Under the pieces are notes generated by a model that saw only the letters and a list, made by a program, of their open reading frames with translations, did not search any database and had not been told where the DNA came from. Positions 25,866 to 35,253 of a DNA stretch of 63,003 nt are shown piece after piece. A program made the translations under genes and the position numbers. The DNA is from Eubacteriales bacterium (GTDB lineage: Bacteria > Bacillota > Clostridia > Oscillospirales > CAG-272): the NCBI GenBank assembly GCA_045631745.1, contig JAZQVI010000040.1, forward strand, positions 1 through 63,003, read 5' to 3'. The number at the start of each line of letters is the position of its first letter. The stretch's first letter is position 1.

Positions 25866-28151
25866 TCACCGTTGAGCAGTTCTTGGGAAAGAAAATTGTT
25901 TTTGGGGGATCTCGACCCAATATTCCTGTGCTAGCGCATCGCGCGGACACAACTCAAATATCTCTCTTCTCCCAAAGATCACGCGATCTGTATCCTGCAG
26001 ATTCTCAAAAAATCCGACCGATACCGATGATTGTGTTCCATGGGCACCAAAGATAAACAAATCGGAGGAAAGTGCCGCATCGCGTGCAAGATGCGAAATC
26101 TCGCCCTGCCACACGTCTCCGTTCATATAGGCGATCCGCTGTCCGCAAACGTCCATGGAAAAGAGAACGGATCCTTCCGAGCTGTCCTCGGACTGAAGGG
26201 CGTGGTAATAGATAATCTGAACCTGCGAGTGACTCGGTTCATCCGCACCGTAAAGCACCTTCACGCCATGTAAAACAGCCTCCTGCTCCAATCTTGCGGC
26301 GATCGCCGCATCATTCTCGTTTCTCGGAACAGGCAACCGCAAAATCCGCAGCTTTATTTGTCCGCAAAGCGAGGCAATTTGCGACGCGCTCTGCGAATGA
26401 TAGTGCGTCAAAATCAACTCCTGCAGTTCCGTGCATTTCAGTTCTGTCACGGTGTTGCAAATCGACCTTGCGATTGCCGTACTTCCCTTTGAAAAATCAA
26501 TAGCAATCGCTGTTTTCCCTTCTGCCAATACCAATGCCTCATCATACCCTGTGGAGACATAGCTTGCAACGACGCCCATTTCCTGTGGCAATACATCGGC
26601 ATACCCAACCAACAGAATTACAAAGGATAAAGCAAACGGCAACACCAACCATCCTTTTTGATTCAACTCAATGATCGCAAAAAGAATCAAAAGAGCGGTT
26701 AATGCAATCAAGAGGATCCCTGTCAGATCCCCGTCTAAAAGGATAAGAACGTCGGGGAGATCCGCGCCCCATGTTACAATCGAGAGCAAAGCCCGAAAAA
26801 TTATTTTAGTCAGAAAAACGATCGGAACAAATGACGGGAACACAAGTGTGAGTGCTGAAAAAAGCAACACCAGCGAGATCAGCGGGGACAAGATCATTGT
26901 CAGAATGATCGACAGAACCGACGTGCTCCCAAACAAATAGGCAGACAAAGGTAAAATTGCGGTGTTTGCAAAGAGCCCGACCGCAACTGCATTCAGCGAT
27001 ACCCAAATGATCCGCCTGATTCCCTTCGGAATTTCGGTGTCTTTTGTAATGTTTTTGTAGATTTCTCCAACAACGGGTATAAAAATTAAGATACCTGCAG
27101 TTGCAACAAAGGATAACCAAAAGGAAAGATCAAAAACAGAATACGGCGCTACCGTTAAAATCAAAAAGGCAACAATGCACAAGGTAGTAAATCCATCATA
27201 ATCGTGACCGACATAGTACGAGCCGTAAAGAACGCCAAGCATGACAACGGCACGTAAGGTGGAGGGCGAACATCCTGTGATGAAAAGATAGAGAAAAATT
27301 CCCAAAAAGACCAGAACAGTACGAGAATTTTTGTTGAACGGAAGACGTTTCAAAAGGATGTCCAACATCAAGAACATGATCGAAATGTGCAGACCGCTCA
27401 GCGCTAAAAGATGTGAAACGCCACCTCTTTGAAAAGCAAGTACGGTATCGTCCGAAAGATATGAGCGATCACCAAGAAACAATGCAGATGCAAGCGGGCC
27501 ACTTTCGCTACCAAGTGCTTGATATAACCGAAAAGAGAGATCCTTCTGAATCTTTGAAAACCAAAGCTTGATTGTCTTCTCCTTTTCTTCAAAGATCGTG
27601 CAATTTCGATAGTCCTCGCACGTGACGATTCCGACATAACCGTCTGCATAAAGCATGGTTTCTTCTTCATAATGCGCTATATTTTCAGGCAATCGAACCT
27701 CACCCGTCAGCCGAAAACGGTCGCCCGGCTGCAAGGCTGAAAGATACTCGCACTCCAGAAGAACTTTTGCGGATATACGCTTCCCATCCACCTCCCTCAG
27801 TCGGACACCATACCGACTTCCATGGGATGAAGCGTTTCTTGTTTCGCACACATATCCTTCGACCACAATTTCTTTTTCCGCCAAATCAGAAAACCTACCT
27901 GCCGTAACATCAAAAAACAACCAGGATTGAAAACAGGCGACAGCTACAGCGAACAGACATAGAATCAAGGCCAGCATTTTGATGCTGCATCTTCGTTTCC
28001 ATATCGCACGGGTCGCAAAGAAGAGCGCAGCAGCCAAGGTCAAAAGGAGCAGTATGATCTTGATATGCGCGTTAAATTTGACTCCAATCAGTGAAATAAT
28101 CAAAAAACAACAAATCGCCGACGCCAGTGGTCGATTTCGAAAAAGAGCCAT
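25866..28151 (-). CDS. comEC: DNA internalisation competence protein ComEC/Rec2 with C-terminal metallo-beta-lactamase domain
   Basis: 761 aa. GGVSHLLALSGLHISIMFLML competence-domain motif, many TM helices, ..LTHYHSQSA.. beta-lactamase-like motif. Confidence 0.9.
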   Translation of the reverse strand: MALFRNRPLASAICCFLIISLIGVKFNAHIKIILLLLTLAAALFFATRAIWKRRCSIKMLALILCLFAVAVACFQSWLFFDVTAGRFSDLAEKEIVVEGYVCETRNASSHGSRYGVRLREVDGKRISAKVLLECEYLSALQPGDRFRLTGEVRLPENIAHYEEETMLYADGYVGIVTCEDYRNCTIFEEKEKTIKLWFSKIQKDLSFRLYQALGSESGPLASALFLGDRSYLSDDTVLAFQRGGVSHLLALSGLHISIMFLMLDILLKRLPFNKNSRTVLVFLGIFLYLFITGCSPSTLRAVVMLGVLYGSYYVGHDYDGFTTLCIVAFLILTVAPYSVFDLSFWLSFVATAGILIFIPVVGEIYKNITKDTEIPKGIRRIIWVSLNAVAVGLFANTAILPLSAYLFGSTSVLSIILTMILSPLISLVLLFSALTLVFPSFVPIVFLTKIIFRALLSIVTWGADLPDVLILLDGDLTGILLIALTALLILFAIIELNQKGWLVLPFALSFVILLVGYADVLPQEMGVVASYVSTGYDEALVLAEGKTAIAIDFSKGSTAIARSICNTVTELKCTELQELILTHYHSQSASQIASLCGQIKLRILRLPVPRNENDAAIAARLEQEAVLHGVKVLYGADEPSHSQVQIIYYHALQSEDSSEGSVLFSMDVCGQRIAYMNGDVWQGEISHLARDAALSSDLFIFGAHGTQSSVSVGFFENLQDTDRVIFGRREIFELCPRDALAQEYWVEIPQKQFSFPRTAQR

Positions 28152-28229
28152 GCCGATCCCTCCTTTCATTCCCTTTTGTAGGTTTTGGGGGCAAAAAACA
28201 TAAAAATGGCGCTGATTCTAAAAAAATCC

Positions 28230-28258
28230 TTGACAAATCAACATTTATGGTATATAAT
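28230..28258 (+). promoter_or_regulatory. sigma-A type promoter of acpP
   Basis: TTGACA, 17-nt spacer, TATAAT. Confidence 0.55.
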
Positions 28259-28322
28259 AACTTGGGTTGTCAAGATTGGTTTGACAACAAAACATCGAAT
28301 TTACTTTCGGAGGATATACGTT

Positions 28323-28550
28323 ATGTTTGAAACTTTAAAGAACATTCTTGTCGATGAGCTTCAGCTGGATCCCGATGATATCAAGATGGAATCCGAGCTT
28401 ACCAACGACCTTGGTATCAATTCCATTGAGTTGGCTGACTTGATCATGCTCTGCGAAGACCAGTTTGGCATCGAGATTGAGGATGAGGACATCCACAAGT
28501 TCGCAACCATCGCAGACGTTGTAAACTATCTCGAGGCACACAGCAAGTAA
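28323..28550 (+). CDS. acpP: acyl carrier protein
   Basis: 75 aa MFETLKNILVDELQLD..DLGINSIELADLIM.. with the phosphopantetheine Ser in a GxNS(I/L) context. GGAGGA RBS. The upstream part of the track ORF is rejected. Confidence 0.9.
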   Translation: MFETLKNILVDELQLDPDDIKMESELTNDLGINSIELADLIMLCEDQFGIEIEDEDIHKFATIADVVNYLEAHSK

Positions 28551-28561
28551 TTTTTTCAAAC

Positions 28562-28602
28562 AGAGCGGACAGAACCCATCGGTTCTATCCGCTCTCTTTT
28601 TT
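28562..28602. terminator. bidirectional intrinsic terminator shared by acpP (+) and proC (-)
   Basis: AGAGCGGAcAGAACC / GGTTCTaTCCGCTCT 15-bp stem, with a T-run on the plus side. Confidence 0.8.
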
Positions 28603-29410
28603 ATTTTTTCAAACGCTTTGTCTTCTCAAGCGCTGCACCAACTGCATTCATACAGGTTGCGCGGAATGCACCGTCCTCCAGTGCGCGCACCCCTTCAATG
28701 GTGGTGCCTCCGGGACTGCAAACGGCATCCTTGAGCTCTCCCGGATGCTTGCCGGTCTGCAAAATCATCTCGGATGCGCCGGAAAGCGTTTGTGCGGCAT
28801 AAAGAAGCGCCTTTTCTCTGGGGAGTCCCCCCGCAACGCCACCATCTGCCAACGCCTCTGCAAAGAGATACACGAATGCAGGTCCGCAGCCGGAAAGCGC
28901 GCCCGCCGCATCAATCAATCCCTCCGACAGCCGATCCAATCGTCCTGACGCAGAAAGCCCCTTCAAGAAGTCAGCCTCCTGCTCTGCTGTCACCATGGAA
29001 TTGGTTGCGTATACCGTCATTCCCTTTCCGACCAATACCGGTGTATTGGGCATGATGCGGATTACGGGACAGGAAAGCCGAACCATTTCCTCAATCTCGG
29101 AGATGCAAACACCTGCAGCGATGCTCACAAGCACGAAGGAATCGTCTCTCTCCTTCAGAATGGGAGACAGGGATTCAAGCACCCCTCTCATTCCCTGGGG
29201 CTTGACCGCCAGGAAAATATACCGGCTGTTTTGGGCGACCTCTGCAAGCGTTGCAGCGGTTGCCTTGTTGTTTTTTGTTAAAAATTCAATTTTGGAACTG
29301 TCTGCATCGCAGACCGCAAGACGGTCAGCCGACAGAACCTTGGAAGCAGCCTGTGCAAGCGCGCCACCCATATTTCCGCAACCGATAAAACCAAATTCAA
29401 ATTGACTCAT
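28601..29410 (-). CDS. proC: pyrroline-5-carboxylate reductase
   Basis: 269 aa. FGFIGCGNMGGALA.., ..SPGGTTIEG.. motifs. Confidence 0.93.
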   Translation of the reverse strand: MSQFEFGFIGCGNMGGALAQAASKVLSADRLAVCDADSSKIEFLTKNNKATAATLAEVAQNSRYIFLAVKPQGMRGVLESLSPILKERDDSFVLVSIAAGVCISEIEEMVRLSCPVIRIMPNTPVLVGKGMTVYATNSMVTAEQEADFLKGLSASGRLDRLSEGLIDAAGALSGCGPAFVYLFAEALADGGVAGGLPREKALLYAAQTLSGASEMILQTGKHPGELKDAVCSPGGTTIEGVRALEDGAFRATCMNAVGAALEKTKRLKK

Positions 29411-29426
29411 TTTTTCCTCCTGTGGA

Positions 29427-30686
29427 TTAACGAATCTGTCCGTTTCCGCGGATCACATATTTATATGTCGTGAGTTCCTCAAGTCCCATCGGGCCTCTTG
29501 CATGAAGCTTCTGCGTGGAAATACCGATTTCACAACCAAGTCCGAACTCTCCCCCGTCCGTAAAACGTGTAGACGCATTGACATATACGGAGGAACTGTC
29601 CACCGCCGCTACAAAGAGATCTGCGGTTTCCTCATTTTCGGTAACGATTGCCTCACTGTGGCGCGTGGAGTGCTTCTCAATATGAGAGATGGCCTCCTCA
29701 ACGCCACCAACAACCTTGACTGCAAGAATGTAGTTTAAAAACTCCGTATCAAAATCCATGTCCGAGGCAGGTGTTCCGTCGATCATCGCGGTCGCTTTTG
29801 CATCCAGGCGAAGCTCTACTGGCTGTACACCGTTCGATGCACGTTTGTCACACAAACGATCACGAAGAAGCGGCAAGAAACGTGCAGCAATCTGCTCGTC
29901 GACCAAGCAAACCTCTGCGGCATTGCACACCGACGGACGGCTGGTCTTTGCATTTTCAATAATATTCAGAGCCTTCTCAATGTCTGCATCACGGTCAACG
30001 TATACGTGGCAAATTCCCGTTCCCGTCTGAATACAAGGAACCTTTGCTTGATCGACACAGGCTTGAATCAGTCCGGCTCCTCCTCGGGGGATCAAGAGAT
30101 CCACCTTGCCAACGGCGGTCATCAGTTCCTTTGCGCCCTCTCTGGAGGTGTCGGGAACCATGTTCACGAAATCCTGTGAAAGTCCGATGGAGGCAAGTCC
30201 TTTTCTCAGTGCCTCAACGATCGCCATAGATGAGCGGAATGCTTCCTTGCCGCCTCTGAGCACACATACGTTCGAACTCTTGAGAGAAAGAGCAGCTGCA
30301 TCCGAGGTGACATTCGGACGACTTTCGTAAATGATTGCAACAACCCCCATGGGAACGCGAACCTTTTCGATCACAAGTCCATTGGGGCGTTCGATTCGAT
30401 TTAACACCGCGCCCACAGGATCGGGAAGTTCTACAACCTCTCGGATTCCCTTTGCCATTCCTGCAATACGCTCAGCGGTCAGTCGAAGACGGTCGGTCAT
30501 GACGGAATTCATTCCGTTTGCCTCCGCCTGCGCCAGATCCTCGGCATTTGCCGCTAAAATCGCATCCTGATTGGCGATCAGCTGATCTGCCATGGCGTAA
30601 AGAGCCTTATTTTTTTCTGCTTCGGAGAGCAGAGCCAGCTTGGACGCCGCGCTCCTTGCGCGCTCCAACAATGCTTGAATCGTCAT
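29427..30686 (-). CDS. proA: glutamate-5-semialdehyde dehydrogenase (gamma-glutamyl phosphate reductase)
   Basis: 419 aa. ..VIYESRPNVT.., ..CNAAE.., ..ASTRFTDGGEFG.. motifs. Confidence 0.93.
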   Translation of the reverse strand: MTIQALLERARSAASKLALLSEAEKNKALYAMADQLIANQDAILAANAEDLAQAEANGMNSVMTDRLRLTAERIAGMAKGIREVVELPDPVGAVLNRIERPNGLVIEKVRVPMGVVAIIYESRPNVTSDAAALSLKSSNVCVLRGGKEAFRSSMAIVEALRKGLASIGLSQDFVNMVPDTSREGAKELMTAVGKVDLLIPRGGAGLIQACVDQAKVPCIQTGTGICHVYVDRDADIEKALNIIENAKTSRPSVCNAAEVCLVDEQIAARFLPLLRDRLCDKRASNGVQPVELRLDAKATAMIDGTPASDMDFDTEFLNYILAVKVVGGVEEAISHIEKHSTRHSEAIVTENEETADLFVAAVDSSSVYVNASTRFTDGGEFGLGCEIGISTQKLHARGPMGLEELTTYKYVIRGNGQIR

Positions 30687-31459
30687 GACTTCACCTTCTT
30701 TGCATAAAAGCGGGTTCCAACAGATACTCCGTCAAACAGATCGTAAAGCAATGCGGGCGTAGAGCCGTTCATAATGACCATATCACAACCGTTCTCACCG
30801 CAAATCCTTGCTGCGTGGAGCTTGGTCTTCATTCCGCCTGTCCCAAGAGAAGATCCCTCGTCTCCGCCAAGTGCCAACAGCTCTTCGGTCAACTCATGAA
30901 CCTCCGGAATCAGCGTTGCATCGCTGTTTTTGTGCGGATCAGCGGTATAAAGTCCATCGATATCCGAAAGAAGCACCAAAAGATCTGCTTCAACTCCGAC
31001 AGACACCATTGCAGAAAGCGTATCATTGTCTCCCACGCGGATCTCATCGGTCGCAATGGTATCGTTTTCGTTGATGATGGGCAAAACCCCAAGCTCAAGC
31101 AAGCGATTGAGCGTGTTTTTGAAATTCTGATAACGGTCATCGTGAGAGAAATCCGACCCCGTCAACAAAATCTGCGCCACCGTGTGATGATATTCGCTGA
31201 AGAGCTTGTCATAGGTGTACATCAATTCACACTGGCCAACAGCCGCTGCCGCCTGCTTGGTGGGAATATCGGTCGGACGCTCATTCAGAGAAAGCTTTCC
31301 AACCCCCATTCCGATCGCACCAGAAGACACAAGAATAATCTCGTGTCCCGCATTTTTCAGATCACTCAGAATCCGACAAAGCTGCTCTACGCGACGAACG
31401 TTCAAACAACCGGTTGTGTGCGCCAGGGTTGACGTTCCAACCTTAATTACTATTCTCAT
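30683..31459 (-). CDS. proB: glutamate 5-kinase (short form, no PUA domain)
   Basis: 258 aa. IVIKVGTSTL.., ..LVSSGAIGMG.., ..GDNDTLSA.. Overlaps proA by 4 nt. Confidence 0.92.
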   Translation of the reverse strand: MRIVIKVGTSTLAHTTGCLNVRRVEQLCRILSDLKNAGHEIILVSSGAIGMGVGKLSLNERPTDIPTKQAAAAVGQCELMYTYDKLFSEYHHTVAQILLTGSDFSHDDRYQNFKNTLNRLLELGVLPIINENDTIATDEIRVGDNDTLSAMVSVGVEADLLVLLSDIDGLYTADPHKNSDATLIPEVHELTEELLALGGDEGSSLGTGGMKTKLHAARICGENGCDMVIMNGSTPALLYDLFDGVSVGTRFYAKKVKS

Positions 31460-31492
31460 GGAGTAAATTCTCCTTTTTATCGATCATAAATA

Positions 31493-32635
31493 TTAAAGCT
31501 TTTCCAAGATGTAATCAGCAAAATCCTTGCAGGTTGCTCCGTCTCGGTTCCCCGTCACAACAACACGCTTCTCGGTTTCGGTGCAGATTGACATCGCATT
31601 CGCAAGGATGTCCGCCTTGTCCGCCATGGCAATATGGCGAAGCATCATCTCTACTGCCTTGATGAGGCTGGAGGGATTTGCATACTCACCGATTCCCTCT
31701 TCAATCATACGGGGAGCAGAGCCGTGGATCGCCTCAAACATCGCATATTGATCGCCGATGTTCGCGCTTCCCGCCGTTCCGACACCACCCTGGATCTGCG
31801 CGGCCTCGTCGGTAATGATATCTCCGTAAAGGTTGGGCAAAAGGAAGACCTGGAAACGATTGCGGATGCTGGTATTGACAAGGTTTGCAGTCATGATATC
31901 GATATACCAGTCTTCCGCTTCAATACCGGGATAATCCTTTGCTACCTCATGACAAATCTCCGAGAATTTGCCATCCGTCTTTTTCATAATATTTGCCTTG
32001 GTTACAATGGCAACGTTGGTCTTGCCGTTGTTCTTCGCATATTCAAATGCGGCGCGCGCGATACGCTTTGTTCCTGCATCGGTCGTCACCTTAAAGTCCA
32101 TGGCAAGCTTTCCGGGAAGCTCCACACCGCAGCTTCCCAAAACATACTCACCCTCGGTATTCTCGCGGTAGAAGATCCAGTCGATCCCCTCCTCCGGAAC
32201 ACATACGGGACGCACGTTTGCATAAAGATCCAGCTCACGTCGCAGGGCAACATTCGCGCTTTCCATCGTACCACCCTTGGGCGTGGTGGTAGGACCTTTC
32301 AAAAGAATATCACATTCTTTGATCGCTTTCAATGTATCGGCAGGAACCGCCTGACCGCAAGCCAAGCGATTTTCGATGGTCAACCCCTCGATATTCTTCA
32401 GAACGATCTTACCCGATGCAATCTCATCCTTGAGGAGAACCTCCATGATGCGTTTGGTCTCACGCATCAGAATCGGACCGATTCCGTCACCACCGCAAAC
32501 GCCGATCACGATCTGCTCCTGCGTGGAAAAATCCTTTGCCGCAGAGCCCTGTTCCATTTTATTTTGTCTGGCAAGCTGCGCCTGCATCAGGGCGCGAAAC
32601 TGCTCGACAGCAACATCAATCTCTTTTTCAAACAT
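31493..32635 (-). CDS. icd: isocitrate dehydrogenase (isocitrate/isopropylmalate dehydrogenase family)
   Basis: About 380 aa. ..GGDGIGP.., ..LRRELDLYANVRP.., ..YRENTEGEY.., ..NLYGDIITDEAAQIQGG.. The start is either ATG 32635 (GGGGGA RBS) or ATG 32650, which overlaps the aconitase stop. Confidence 0.8.
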   Translation of the reverse strand: MFEKEIDVAVEQFRALMQAQLARQNKMEQGSAAKDFSTQEQIVIGVCGGDGIGPILMRETKRIMEVLLKDEIASGKIVLKNIEGLTIENRLACGQAVPADTLKAIKECDILLKGPTTTPKGGTMESANVALRRELDLYANVRPVCVPEEGIDWIFYRENTEGEYVLGSCGVELPGKLAMDFKVTTDAGTKRIARAAFEYAKNNGKTNVAIVTKANIMKKTDGKFSEICHEVAKDYPGIEAEDWYIDIMTANLVNTSIRNRFQVFLLPNLYGDIITDEAAQIQGGVGTAGSANIGDQYAMFEAIHGSAPRMIEEGIGEYANPSSLIKAVEMMLRHIAMADKADILANAMSICTETEKRVVVTGNRDGATCKDFADYILEKL

Positions 32636-32649
32636 CGTCAAGTCCCCCA

Positions 32650-34578
32650 TCAAATATTGGATCGCGTATACGCCAACAGTCCGCCTGCCTTGAGAATCTC
32701 CTTCTGACGCTCGGTAAAGGAGCAAGTCAGGGAAATCTTTACACCCGTTGTCTCATCGGTCAAGGTCATCACTCCACTCTCCATGCCGTCCCAGACGTTG
32801 CTGATCGAGAGCTTATCCCCTTGCGTCAGCTTGTCATAATCCTCGGCATTTTGGAAGGTCAGGGGCATGATTCCCGCATTGATCAGATTCGCTGCGTGAA
32901 TTCTTGCAAAGCTCTTTGCTATCACTGCGCGAACGCCAAGATAGAGCGGAACAAGCGCTGCGTGCTCTCTCGAAGAGCCCTGTCCATAGTTGGTTCCTCC
33001 AATGATGATGCTCTCGCCTGCCGCCAATGCACGCTCTGCAAAGGTTTCATCACATACAGCAAAACAGAACTTGGAAAGGTAAGGAATATTGGAGCGATAA
33101 GGCAGAATCTTTGCCCCCGCAGGCATGATGTGGTCAGTGGTAATATTATCGCCAACCTTCAAGACCAGCTCTGCCGCAAGCTCGTCATTCTGAGGACGGC
33201 TCTTGGGGAATTCCTTGATATTGGGGCCGCGAAGCACCTCGACCGACGCTGCTTCATCCGCAGTGGCAGGCGCGAGGACTGCGCTATCGTCAATTTTGAA
33301 CTGCTCGGGCATCTGAATCTCGGGCATCTCCCCAAGCAGAATGGGATCGGTGATCTCGCCTGTCAGTGCCGCCGCAACAGCAGTCTCGGGAGAAACAAGA
33401 TAGACCTTTGCATCCTTTGTACCGCTTCTACCCTCAAAGTTACGGTTGAAGGTACGGAGGCTCACGCCTGCAGAGTTGGGAGAGAAGCCCATACCAATGC
33501 AGGGACCGCACGCACACTCCAAAACACGTGCACCGGACGCCAAAATATCGGACAATGCACCGCAATCAGCAAGCATAGTCAGAACCTGACGGGATCCGGG
33601 GGAAATGGAGAGACTGACACGAGGATCGACAGTCTTGCCCTTGAGCAGAGCCGCGACCTTCAAAAGATCCAACAAAGAGGAGTTTGTGCAAGAACCGATG
33701 CAAACCTGATCTACCTTCGTACCCTTCAAGCTTTCAACCGTTACAACGTTATCGGGCATATGCGGGCAAGCAATCAGAGGCTTCAGTTCAGACAAATTGA
33801 TCTCGATCACACGATCGTAAACCGCATCGAGATCGGAGGCAAGAGGAGTATAGTCAGCCTCTCTTCCCTCGGCCTTGAGGAAAGCTCTCGTCACCTCATC
33901 GGAGGGGAAAATGGAAGTGGTCGCGCCAAGCTCGGTTCCCATGTTGGTAATGGTGGCACGCTCGGGCACGGACAAGGTCGCAACGCCCTCTCCTCCCCAC
34001 TCAATGATAGAGCCAACGCCTCCCTTTACCGAAAGAATTCTGAGAATCTCAAGGCTGACGTCCTTCGCGGTTACGAAGGGACGAAGCTTACCGGTAAGGT
34101 TGACGCGGATCATCTTGGGCATCGTAATGTAATATGCACCGCCGCCCATGGCAACCGCGACGTCAAGACCGCCCGCTCCAAATGCGAGCATTCCGATGCC
34201 GCCACCTGTGGGCGTGTGGCTGTCGGATCCAATCAAGGTCTTCCCGGGGATCCCAAATCTCTCAAGATGCACCTGATGGCAGATACCGTTTCCGGGGCGA
34301 GAGAAATAAATGCCGTGTTTCTTGGTAACAGACTGAATATAACGGTGGTCATCGGCATTCTCGAATCCCGACTGAAGGGTGTTATGGTCGATGTACGCGA
34401 CGCTTCTTTCGGTGCGAACACGATCGATTCCCATCGCCTCAAACTCAAGATAAGCCATGGTTCCGGTCGCATCCTGTGTCAGCGTCTGGTCAATGCGAAG
34501 TGCAATCTCACTTCCGACCGTCATCTCACCGCTGATCAGATGGGATTTAATAATTTTCTGTGCAATAGTGAGTCCCAT
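32650..34578 (-). CDS. aconitate hydratase
   Basis: 642 aa. ..IDQTLTQDATG.., ..IGSDSHT.., ..GSCTNSS.., ..CGPCIGMG.., ..GSSREHAA.. aconitase motifs. Confidence 0.92.
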   Translation of the reverse strand: MGLTIAQKIIKSHLISGEMTVGSEIALRIDQTLTQDATGTMAYLEFEAMGIDRVRTERSVAYIDHNTLQSGFENADDHRYIQSVTKKHGIYFSRPGNGICHQVHLERFGIPGKTLIGSDSHTPTGGGIGMLAFGAGGLDVAVAMGGGAYYITMPKMIRVNLTGKLRPFVTAKDVSLEILRILSVKGGVGSIIEWGGEGVATLSVPERATITNMGTELGATTSIFPSDEVTRAFLKAEGREADYTPLASDLDAVYDRVIEINLSELKPLIACPHMPDNVVTVESLKGTKVDQVCIGSCTNSSLLDLLKVAALLKGKTVDPRVSLSISPGSRQVLTMLADCGALSDILASGARVLECACGPCIGMGFSPNSAGVSLRTFNRNFEGRSGTKDAKVYLVSPETAVAAALTGEITDPILLGEMPEIQMPEQFKIDDSAVLAPATADEAASVEVLRGPNIKEFPKSRPQNDELAAELVLKVGDNITTDHIMPAGAKILPYRSNIPYLSKFCFAVCDETFAERALAAGESIIIGGTNYGQGSSREHAALVPLYLGVRAVIAKSFARIHAANLINAGIMPLTFQNAEDYDKLTQGDKLSISNVWDGMESGVMTLTDETTGVKISLTCSFTERQKEILKAGGLLAYTRSNI

Positions 34579-34598
34579 AATAATTCTCCCTTGATTGG

Positions 34599-35240
34599 TT
34601 ACAGTTCAATTTTGATATGTGCTGCCGCGTTGTGAATATGCTCATACGTGCGCTTTTCCGCCAATTCGGGGTCACGCTTTGCAATCGCTTCGTAAATCGC
34701 GCGGTGTTCCTGAGCAGAATGCAAAGCACGGTCTTCGTTTTCAACGGCTGCCTTGCGGAATTTCTGCACTTTTTTGTGAAGCGGAAGAAGTGTATCATTC
34801 AGAATTGAGCTTCCGCTGAATTTGTAGAGTTGGCGATGGAATTTGCTGTCCAATCCTTTGATATGATCTGCATCCTTTCTGCCAACGTAGAATTCCTGTA
34901 ATTCCACCGTTTCCAAAAGCTCTGCAATCTGTTCATCTGTGATATGAAGCGCGGCCTCCCTCGATGCAAGTCCCTCAATTCGCAAACGAATCGCGAAAAT
35001 ATCCTCCAGATCCTTTTGCGTCACGCCAACGATCAGAATTCCCTTTGAGGAAATCTGAATCAGATGCTCCTGCTCCAATCTGTGGAGCGCTTCTCTTACG
35101 GGAGTTCTGCTTACACCAAGATCCGACACCAGTCGCATCTCGCTAAGAAGCTCACCTCTCTGATATTTGCCCGAAAGAATCTCTCCCTCCAGACGTTCAA
35201 AAACCTGCTCTGCAAGAGACAGTGTACGATGCTCTAACAT
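34599..35240 (-). CDS. GntR-family (FadR/FCD subfamily) transcriptional regulator
   Basis: 213 aa. ..LSEMRLVSDLGVSRTPVREALHRLEQEHLI.. winged HTH plus a helical C-terminal domain. Confidence 0.88.
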   Translation of the reverse strand: MLEHRTLSLAEQVFERLEGEILSGKYQRGELLSEMRLVSDLGVSRTPVREALHRLEQEHLIQISSKGILIVGVTQKDLEDIFAIRLRIEGLASREAALHITDEQIAELLETVELQEFYVGRKDADHIKGLDSKFHRQLYKFSGSSILNDTLLPLHKKVQKFRKAAVENEDRALHSAQEHRAIYEAIAKRDPELAEKRTYEHIHNAAAHIKIEL

Positions 35241-35253
35241 TCAAATATCCTCC

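Noticed and set aside
28185-28322. 46-codon N-terminal extension of the acyl carrier protein ORF
   Set aside because: The extension spans the TTGACA-17-TATAAT promoter. The ACP fold (75 aa) begins at MFETLK, which has a GGAGGA RBS.
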